A stretch of 64,000 bases of DNA from a virus, in the IMG/VR virus record IMGVR_UViG_3300047678_000094, positions 1-64,000 of that record; one strand, given 5' to 3'. The notes under the pieces are model-generated. The model worked only from the letters and a program-made list of their open reading frames with translations. It ran no database searches and was not told the origin of the DNA. Position numbers and translations under genes: made by a program. Shown piece after piece: positions 27,001-35,000 of the stretch. The number at the start of each line of letters is the position of its first letter. Within the stretch, counting starts at the first letter, position 1.

Positions 27001-28314
27001 ACAGTAACCACTGCCAACAGTTCCACACTCACTCTGTCAAATACCTCCACCCCCACACATGTGACGACAAATGCAGCAGCAATTGTGAACAACTTCCTAA
27101 GCATCACAAGCAACCCATATGCCAATGATACACCAGTGAGGTATGTAGTAGCAAGTGGAAATACTGCTATACTGGGTCTTGATGATGGAAAGAGATACTA
27201 TGCTGTGTACTCCAATAGTACTGGTACAAGACTGTCAGCGACACTAGCAGGTGCAGTCCTGGAATTGTCCGCTGGAGGATCAGAATCAGGACATGCATTG
27301 GTTGGTCTGAATTCATTAGGCAATGGCCACAACTATGTTATCTATCGTAATGAGTATGATGATAATGAACGTGTACTGTATACTACTGCAACAGGTAATA
27401 CTGCTATCACAGGACTCAGCAACAACACCACATACTATGTTAAGAGTGCTAACACTGTTGGGTTTAAACTCTCAGCAACGGTCGGTGGTGCGGCAGTTGG
27501 TTTGACTGCTTCAGTAACGGAGTCAGGACACATCTTTAACTCCATACCAGGCTGGCTGCCACTTGAGGGTATCTACTCTAACAGTGGTGCTTATGGGGTG
27601 ATTGACTCAGTTGGGAATAACAGTCTAGTGATAAGAGGCGTAAGCAACGGCACATTCGCTGCACCAGGTACTATCGCGAGCAACACCAATGCTTATTTAA
27701 CCGCGAATGTAAGCACAAGCGACCTTGAGGTTGTTACACGTACCTCAGAGGGTATTATCAAGTCCGCCAACACGAGCTGTTTAACAGTTAAAAGAATTCA
27801 GTTTGAAAACAACTGGGTGGCCAACACTCTTATAACAGGTGAAACCACTGGTGCCACTGCTCTCTTAACCAGTATCAATGAGGACCAAACGACACTACAG
27901 ATAGGCTTAAATGCCAATGTAGAGGCCGATGTCGTCACCGCAGAGGGACAGGCAACCACTCTTAAGATCATTGATAGTGGCTTTGGATACACCAATAGTG
28001 AGATCATCCAGTTTACCAGTACTGATGGTGCTCGAGCAGGCTCAGCCAAGGTGGTGTTGGGTGGTACTGGTAAGGGAGTTGGTTACTATAAGAGCAGCAA
28101 AGGCTTCCTTAGTGACTCGGTATGTATTCACGATGGAGACTACTACCAAGAGTATTCCTATGAGATATTCAGCAAGCTGTCGTTGGATAGGTATCGTGAC
28201 ATGTTTAAGAAGGTGATGCACACTGCAGGCACCAAGTTCTTCGGGACAGCTCGTGTCGTCGAGGAGGATACATGTGTGGTGTCTGTCGTGACCTCTTCAG
28301 TCGAACAAGAGTAG
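24085..28314 (+). CDS. gp7: baseplate wedge initiator with large internal insertion
   Basis: QFP.FY..EGP.FISFVKAYYEWLE, LYRSKGT, and C-terminal DYYQEYSYEI...HTAGTKFFG motifs. Confidence 0.85.
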   Translation: MIEKNISQYIEKQFPAFYQDEGPQFISFVKAYYEWLEQPDNVLNKARHLLEYRDIDTTLDEFLLYFKEKYLKNIQFDTATNKQLLVKHSLDLYRSKGTERSIDLFFKLVFGTAAEVQYPGERIFKLSDGIWEVPKYLEITHNKYNINYVGRQIVGAASGATAFVERYIRRRAGYGYVNMLYISSQVGEFTRGEVIGIRSSGRSVFTPGQTAAIVGSIESVILQDYGRDFAIGDIVKFQHSNRGIGGLARVTTIGEDSGIIDFILHEGGWGYTTNATSIISEKVVTANGVVGTIGDAQLQLFDVVVQPTLSIEFTNGPQLVIGDIVGRYDGANLIANGQVVEIEKTAGLSNGSFTLSVTQGPFTEGTLYVNGNTISLNATSITDTSTYADVMGVPSVYQLTVSNTNGNFTIGMNVFQTISDRIYAHGTISGVSNGMLVISAGIGNFSNGANLISSVNNSVNAVVSRVDTTLGLHQINKRAYTLDFVGANNNGIANSGYLFQYDALANVVSSGLALHSSVSSNAGTIEYVPIYGQIQENLLLYTTGNTAVATVTNVSCNVYGGDFVEAANAAWRTSYTNTTFTVASISEGTGAQFDVGAIGETEVIFVGTDLINSNGVSRVDYDRKRLSIASNTGFQVGQTVRQYNAFSATFNPTTQVAANGLITASNIYNAGDWVLYTLASGNTAVVEANTAMRVLFANSTTLRVAGPGSDDTLTVLGTVSETGHRFSKIAVGTVYGVGSGYVDVKDTYNAFVATAGTNTVLTVHGTSVNSSITAVASAASTPNVPGSNYRHQLLRKFAFGLPKDPQVGLRDIIFDCLSFDRFEIGVVDSLSGVDPGSDYNVDPYVLVEQPEIAGFSRRDYVMDIANSVATFVVGEKISHAIANLTTYVLTIDYGTFGNTYTNRNILVQSNNEVVSADDFIYYPANTLNFNPGSDVNPFTGVVSLENDLEAGETVRYYTATGNTALYTNNAFLTVTTANSSTLTLSNTSTPTHVTTNAAAIVNNFLSITSNPYANDTPVRYVVASGNTAILGLDDGKRYYAVYSNSTGTRLSATLAGAVLELSAGGSESGHALVGLNSLGNGHNYVIYRNEYDDNERVLYTTATGNTAITGLSNNTTYYVKSANTVGFKLSATVGGAAVGLTASVTESGHIFNSIPGWLPLEGIYSNSGAYGVIDSVGNNSLVIRGVSNGTFAAPGTIASNTNAYLTANVSTSDLEVVTRTSEGIIKSANTSCLTVKRIQFENNWVANTLITGETTGATALLTSINEDQTTLQIGLNANVEADVVTAEGQATTLKIIDSGFGYTNSEIIQFTSTDGARAGSAKVVLGGTGKGVGYYKSSKGFLSDSVCIHDGDYYQEYSYEIFSKLSLDRYRDMFKKVMHTAGTKFFGTARVVEEDTCVVSVVTSSVEQE

Positions 28315-28600
28315 CCACACACCACAAAACCCCCCCGGCCCGGTTGAATTTCGGGTCCCCCATTTTTTCCCCTTTAGCGGGGTAGGACCCGACTACCCCA
28401 TTCTGCGTACCTTAAGTGGGAACGAAGAATCCCATTTCATAATGAGCAATAGCTGGTCACTGCACCCTGCAATGTTTCCGTCTCAAAAAATTTTTGCGAA
28501 AAAAAATTGCGGGCTGCAAAAATTCGTCTATTCTGAAAACACCTCCCCCCGGTGTTTGAATTGGGAAAGGTGAGTGCGTTGAGATCAATAAATAAACACG
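28315..28600. other. structured non-coding intergenic region (origin or packaging candidate)
   Basis: C-runs, GC-rich hairpins such as GGGGTAG/CTACCCC, and A/T tracts (CAAAAAATTTTTG); one of the longest non-coding gaps in the late region. Confidence 0.4.
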
Positions 28601-28624
28601 AAACCCGAGTAAAGGAACCGTACC

Positions 28625-29386
28625 ATGGAAGAATCAACTAAACCGAAGAACTCACTAGTTGAGGCGGCAGCAAAGCTAATGTCTCAGCAAAACGAGATGT
28701 CCGAGATGGGCGAATCAAGAGATATCGATTTCGAGCGCGAGTATCATTACCGCGTTGGGCGTGCGATTCGTAACCTAAGAGCCGGTAGACCTTCTCTCGC
28801 TGCTGCTCAACAAAAATTTGCCGAGGATCATGCGGAGGCTCATTTTAAGAAGACCGGTAAGAAAGTCTATGATCCACTCTATCTTGGTAAGTCAAATTAC
28901 ATTTCCGCTCTGAAAGAATCTCTGGATGAGCCTGCTGAAAAGACCAAGAACGCTCGTCGGCATTGGAATGGCGCGAAGAAGTCCGTCGGTGAAGGCTTCC
29001 TCGGGCTTGGTAAGAAGAAAAAGGTCGAGCCGGTAAAGAAGGATGCCTGGCCGGATATCTCAAAGAATCCGAAGGCGTGGTCCAAGGCTCAGGAACAAGA
29101 TCGCAAAGATGCCGCTACCGCTGCATATAATAGATGGAAGCAAAAGAAACCTGACGGTTCGAGTATCCATGCTCGGGAATCTGCCGGAGAGATTGACCAT
29201 GAAGATAAGTTCTGGAATCATCTCCGGTTAGCTAATGAAGCGGTCTCTGAAAATAACGCTCACCGCCACAGTGTTACCGCACTTGGTCATGCGAAGCTCC
29301 ACTTCGACAAGACCGGTAAGAAAATTGATGCCGAAGGTATCCTAGATGGATTACCAACTGGGCATGAACATTACTTGAAATACTAA
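28625..29386 (+). CDS. internally repeated protein, candidate internal head protein
   Basis: AATAAATA upstream and AAGGA RBS; SLVEAA N-terminus; duplicated HA..HF.KTGKK unit. Confidence 0.6.
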   Translation: MEESTKPKNSLVEAAAKLMSQQNEMSEMGESRDIDFEREYHYRVGRAIRNLRAGRPSLAAAQQKFAEDHAEAHFKKTGKKVYDPLYLGKSNYISALKESLDEPAEKTKNARRHWNGAKKSVGEGFLGLGKKKKVEPVKKDAWPDISKNPKAWSKAQEQDRKDAATAAYNRWKQKKPDGSSIHARESAGEIDHEDKFWNHLRLANEAVSENNAHRHSVTALGHAKLHFDKTGKKIDAEGILDGLPTGHEHYLKY

Positions 29387-29404
29387 ATGAAAAGGTACTA
29401 GAAA

Positions 29405-29602
29405 ATGGCTGACAAACTGACTATTAAAGTGAGATGCGATGATGATGTGGTTCGTTCTATCGTTGCTAACCTCGGAACCTTCGATCCGGTAACTAGAAAC
29501 TATACAATGCAAATGAGCGAGAAGTTCATTGAAGATGTTGTCGCGATGTTCCAGAACAGAAACTATCGTGGTGTGGTGAATGTAATCCTTGAAAAGGAAT
29601 AA
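29405..29602 (+). CDS. hypothetical protein
   Basis: ORF with AAGG RBS. Confidence 0.55.
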   Translation: MADKLTIKVRCDDDVVRSIVANLGTFDPVTRNYTMQMSEKFIEDVVAMFQNRNYRGVVNVILEKE

Positions 29603-29611
29603 CACACCAGC

Positions 29612-29619
29612 TATAAATA
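29612..29619 (+). promoter_or_regulatory. T4-type late promoter for gp8
   Basis: Exact TATAAATA match. Confidence 0.75.
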
Positions 29620-29666
29620 AGATAGAACAGAGATCGGGGCGCTTCGCGCCATAAAAGGGATTACAG

Positions 29667-32054
29667 ATGACTGTCAGCAAGAAGCTGGTAACGAAAAAGT
29701 TCAACGTCCACAACGCAAAGCAATTTGTCGAAGCGAACAATGAACTCTTCGTATACGTAGCAAAACACACACCATATGAACTTGGTGATGACCAGCTGAC
29801 TGAGCCTTCAGATTCGGTAGATCAAACAGTTCTAGATATCTATAACAATATGATCTTTGCGAAGCGTGTTGCTAACACCGACATGATCCACATGATTCCT
29901 CGGTACAACTGGACCGCGAATACCGTCTATGACATGTACTCGCACCTGGATGGCGAACTGACCTCCAAGGAATTCTATGTTGTTACTGATGACACTTCTG
30001 AGTACAACGTATTCAAGTGTCTCAGTAATGCCGGGAACACCGAATCTCTAATTGCTCCTTCCCGTGTGGGTTCTAACGCTGACTTGGAACCCATCATCAC
30101 CGGTGACGACTATGTGTGGAAGTACATGTATACGATCACCCAGAACCAGTTTGAGAAATTCGCCACGACTGCATACATCCCAATTACCGCAAACACCGAA
30201 GTAATTGATGGGGCGGTTCCCGGTAGAATCGATGTGATTCAAATTGTAGATGGCGGACAAGGCTATGACAACTATATCGCCAATGGTGTTTTCCGTACTG
30301 GGGATATCAAGATCTCCGGATCGGATGTCACATATGGTGCTCCTGAAACCGCATCAACGGTGGATAACTTCTTCCGTGGTGGAGTTTTGAAGATCACATC
30401 TGGCGCTGGTATTGACCAGTACCGTCGTGTTGTCAACTACGATGGCACAAGTTCACAGAAGAAATTCACACTAGACTCACCATTCGAAACGCTGCCGGAA
30501 GTTGGTGACACGTATGATATCTACCCATATGTGTTCGTGTTCGGCGATGGCTCAGAGTCAACACCTGCCGAGGGTATGGCGATTGTTGATCCCGATCAAA
30601 GCAACACCATTATCGGTGTCGAGATTCTTGAACCAGGCGCTGGCTACCGCTCAGCAACAACGTATGCGGGAGTATCCCCAGCGGAAGTTCCTGCGAAAGC
30701 TTCAAGCGTGTTGATCACAGTACCAGCAACTGTAGAGAACTCACCAGACTTCGTTGCTGCTGATCTTCAAGCTATGATTCCACCACCAGGTGGTCATGGC
30801 GCGGATCCGTGGAACGAACTGTTCGGCAACCGTGTATGCGTCTACACACGTTTCGCAAATACTGAAGGAAGCATGATTCCTACAGAGAATGATTTCCGTC
30901 AGGTTGGTATCCTGAAGAACCCTCTCTTTACAAACCTTGATGTTTTTTTCGATACAAACACCGCTATTGGAACTTACTCCGTTGGTGAGACTGTAACGCA
31001 ATTCAAGAACATCCGTCTCGCTGGTGAAGTGACAACACTTACAACCGCTAACACAATCACCAAAACTGATGCTGGTAAGATTTCTACAACGATCGCTATC
31101 GCTAATGGTGGTATCAACTACGACTCTACAACAAACAACGAGCTGGTTATCACCGCTCCTACTTCTGGCGTAACTGCTACTGCAACTTTTGCGAACAATG
31201 CCAACGGTACAATCATCACAATAACTGTAACGAACCAAGGTACCAATTATACTGAAGCACCAACAGCAACAGTAGCGGCAGGTGCTGGTGGATCGAACGC
31301 GGTATTGACACCAGCTCTTGCAAACCCAATGGAAACATTGTTCGCGGATGCTTTTGAAATTGGTGATTATGTTCTTGTTCAGTCGGACACAAGAAACTGG
31401 ATTAACGTTGTTACTAACGTGACAGATACTGTTATCACAGCGTCAGCTAACGCTCCTTTCGCCGGAACGGATTCAACAGTTTCCGCCATCGGTCACGGTC
31501 CATCCGGTGTCATCACTGCTGTTTCTGTTGGTCAGTTCACACTCAGCAACGTATCAGGTGTGTTTGAAGAGGGCGCCAAAGTTATTGGATTGTCTTCCGG
31601 TGCAACCTCGGAGATCAGATCTTCTAATGCAACCTTCAATGCACTCGAACTGAATGACAAAGATCCTAATGGTTTCAACATCGCGGTACAATTAACGCGT
31701 CTAGTTGGAAACTATGATTCAGGTGCAGCATTCATTGAAGATGAAGACGTGAGTCAACCTGGCTTAATTTCATATACAGAACCACACGGTTATCTCCACC
31801 ACGCCGATATCTCTGGTGGTGCAAATGATGATATCCTCTATATTTCTAATTCAAGAGGTATTTTCGCTATTGACCCAGATAACGAAAGACCACTAATTGG
31901 TGAGTCTTCAGGTGCAACTCTGTCCTATCTTTCAGCTAAATATCCAGGTGACTTCGTGGTTGATAGTGGTGAAGTAATATACTATGAAAACTTAGACCCT
32001 ATCTCTCGCGCGAACAACACATCTGAGATCATTAAGATCATCCTGGAGTTCTAA
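29667..32054 (+). CDS. gp8: baseplate wedge subunit
   Basis: IPRYNW, VFKCLSN, YVWKYMYTI, NDFRQVGILKNP, and SGEVIYYEN..PISR...EIIKIILEF motifs. Confidence 0.9.
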   Translation: MTVSKKLVTKKFNVHNAKQFVEANNELFVYVAKHTPYELGDDQLTEPSDSVDQTVLDIYNNMIFAKRVANTDMIHMIPRYNWTANTVYDMYSHLDGELTSKEFYVVTDDTSEYNVFKCLSNAGNTESLIAPSRVGSNADLEPIITGDDYVWKYMYTITQNQFEKFATTAYIPITANTEVIDGAVPGRIDVIQIVDGGQGYDNYIANGVFRTGDIKISGSDVTYGAPETASTVDNFFRGGVLKITSGAGIDQYRRVVNYDGTSSQKKFTLDSPFETLPEVGDTYDIYPYVFVFGDGSESTPAEGMAIVDPDQSNTIIGVEILEPGAGYRSATTYAGVSPAEVPAKASSVLITVPATVENSPDFVAADLQAMIPPPGGHGADPWNELFGNRVCVYTRFANTEGSMIPTENDFRQVGILKNPLFTNLDVFFDTNTAIGTYSVGETVTQFKNIRLAGEVTTLTTANTITKTDAGKISTTIAIANGGINYDSTTNNELVITAPTSGVTATATFANNANGTIITITVTNQGTNYTEAPTATVAAGAGGSNAVLTPALANPMETLFADAFEIGDYVLVQSDTRNWINVVTNVTDTVITASANAPFAGTDSTVSAIGHGPSGVITAVSVGQFTLSNVSGVFEEGAKVIGLSSGATSEIRSSNATFNALELNDKDPNGFNIAVQLTRLVGNYDSGAAFIEDEDVSQPGLISYTEPHGYLHHADISGGANDDILYISNSRGIFAIDPDNERPLIGESSGATLSYLSAKYPGDFVVDSGEVIYYENLDPISRANNTSEIIKIILEF

Positions 32055-32060
32055 TAGAAA

Positions 32061-35000
32061 ATGCCACTACAGACCGATCTGAATCAAGCTCCGTACTATA
32101 ATGACTTCGATCCGGCGAAGGGGTACCAGCAAATCCTATTCAAGCCCGGTGTTGCCGTACAGGCCCGCGAGCTTAACCAGTATCAGTCGATGCTGCAGAA
32201 CCAGATTGAGAAATTCGGCGACAACATCTTCCGTCGCGGAACAATCATCGAGGGATGCGGGCTCACATACTTCCCAGTGTTTCCATACGTCAAGCTGAAA
32301 GATGCTGAGGTAGATGGAACACCGGTAAATGTATCTAGTTACCGTGGACTCTACGCGAAGAACTCAGATGGCCTTGAGGCTCTGATCGTTACATCAGTAG
32401 ATGGCTTCGAATCACAATCACCAGACCTTAATACAATCTATGTGAAATACACCAACTCCGGTAATGACGGTAACACTTCTGTCTTCTCGGCTAACCAGGT
32501 GCTTACAATCTATGACAAAGGTTACCCAATCTTCTCGTATGACATCAATGATGGATCAAGCGGTTTCTCAAACTCTGATTCTGTTGTCGTTGTTTCTTCA
32601 CTCGAAATCCAGAATTCCACAGGCGGTTCGACGTTCCCTAGTGGTGCCTGGGATGTTGGACATGTTATCCAAAACAACGTGGCTAACCTTACAATCGTTG
32701 AGGCTAATAGCACAGCAAATTCAACAGCTCTCATTCTAAGAGTTAAGCCTCTTGCAGCAGACCTTAAGCTTGCTAACTCTGTTCTATGGACATTCAATGC
32801 TGGCGATACAATCCGTAACGCGACGACTGCTAACACTGCGAATGTTGCTGGTATTGTTGGTGTCAATGCCGCTGGGTCTCTGGTAACTGATTCCCTCGGG
32901 AAAATTCTAAGCATCGCTGTAACGAACTACGGTTCCGGTTACTATGTCCCACCATACGTTACTGTATCAATCGCGTCTAACAGTTCGATAACAACTGGAC
33001 AAGTCAACCAACTTGATGTTGATGCATTCAACTATCGCACAACAGTATCAGTAGCAGACTCTGCTCGTCTACCAATCGGTACAGGCTACGGGCTGAAGAT
33101 TGCTCCGGGAGTCGTTTACCAGAAGGGCTTCTTCTCGCGCGTGCTCGAGCAAACTGTTATCGTCAACAAGTACAGCAACACCGACTTTGATTACGTTGTT
33201 GGTTTCACAACTGAAGAAGAAGTTGTAACATCAGATGTTGATGAGACACTGCTTGATAACGCAACAGGAACATACAACTATGCCGCTCCTGGTGCTGATC
33301 GTCTACAACTCAACCCAACTCTAGTTGTTCTTAAGCCAGCCGAAGCTGTCGCCAATACAGACTTCCTTTCAATCATCGAGTTCACAGATGGAAATCCATT
33401 CCGTCAACGTACACAAACTGTCTACAGCACCATTGGTGATGAGATGGCCAAGCGTACATACGAGGAATCAGGTAACTACGTTATCAACCAATTCCTCGTG
33501 CTGCCAAAGGATGATAGCACGCTCGCCAACACCGCCAACACATTCCAGATCATCGTTGATCCAGGCGTGGCTTACATCAAAGGTTATCGCGTCGCGACAA
33601 CTGGTAACTTCACTAAGAATGTGAACAAAGGTTCAAACACCGTAAACGTACCAGCCGCTACTTCGCGTGTTGCTTACGGTTCATACATCAAAATCAATAA
33701 CGTTGGTGGTATCTTCCGCTTCAACTACGGTGACACTGTATCTCTGTATGATACAGCTAAGACTTATCTTTCAGGTATCGGTACTGGTTCAAACGCAATC
33801 ACAGCACCAAGCGGAAACGTAATTGGTACTGCGCGCATGCGCGGGTTACTACCAGGAGATAATGCCGGTGAGTATCATCTGTATCTCTTCGACATTAAGA
33901 TGAGCGCCGGTAAAAACTTTGTAGACACTCGTTCGGTGTACTACAACAACACGCTTGTCGCTGTCGCTGACACAGTTCTACAATCAAACAACACCCTTCT
34001 CCTTGACACTGGTTCGGGCTTTAATGGGCTGCTTGTCAAGAACCACAAAGCTACTGCAGCTGCTAACAGCATCACATACACATACCGCACCTTTGATACA
34101 TCAAAGACCGCGAACTCAACTGGTTACGCTACAATAACACCTGGTGGTGGACAGGCGTTCCCTTATTCTGGGACATTGACAACACCAGAACGCAAAGAAT
34201 TCCTCGTAGTTCCAAAAGGTAACTACCAAGCGCAAGTCAACGCTGCTGGTACAGTAACATTCACATCAACAACAGCTAACGTGACTGGATCAGGAACAAG
34301 CTTCCTGACCGCATACCGTGCTGGTGACTATGTTAAAGTAGCGAACTCAACAGCCAACGCCGTTGCTCGTGTTCTTAACGTATCTAACAACACCTTCATG
34401 ACATTGACCGCGAACGCTTCGCTTACTATCGCAAACCAGTCATGTCTGTATTATCCTAACAACGTACCTCTAGCATTAACCCGCGACGGCAGATCGGTAG
34501 TAGTCGAGTCTAACGGCTCGATTACTATCTTTATCGGAAACACTGTGGCTAACACAGCAGGTTCTGCTGCTTCGATGGATGTTGCTATTGCTTACAACAT
34601 TAAAGATATCGAAATCAACCCAGATGCGAAAACCATTAAACGTGGTATCTACGCTCGTATCAAAACCTCAAACAACTACGCAGGTTCTGTCGGTCCTTGG
34701 CCGCTAGGAGCTTCTGATGTATTCCGTATGCGACAAGTGCTGCAAGCCAATGGTGCTTCGCTAACACTTTCTGTGAACTCTGAGACAGCGGTCGCTAACT
34801 CTACTGACTTCATTACGGTGTCGGATAACAAGTTCGCCAATGGTGACTCGCTGTTGTACTCTAACACAACAGGAGCAGTAATTGTCGGACTCGCAAACAA
34901 CACAACATACTACGCAGTTGACGCAAACACAACTGGATTCAAACTCGCTGCGACGCGTAATGGATCCGCGATCGGACTTACAGCGGTCTCTGGTGGCGGA

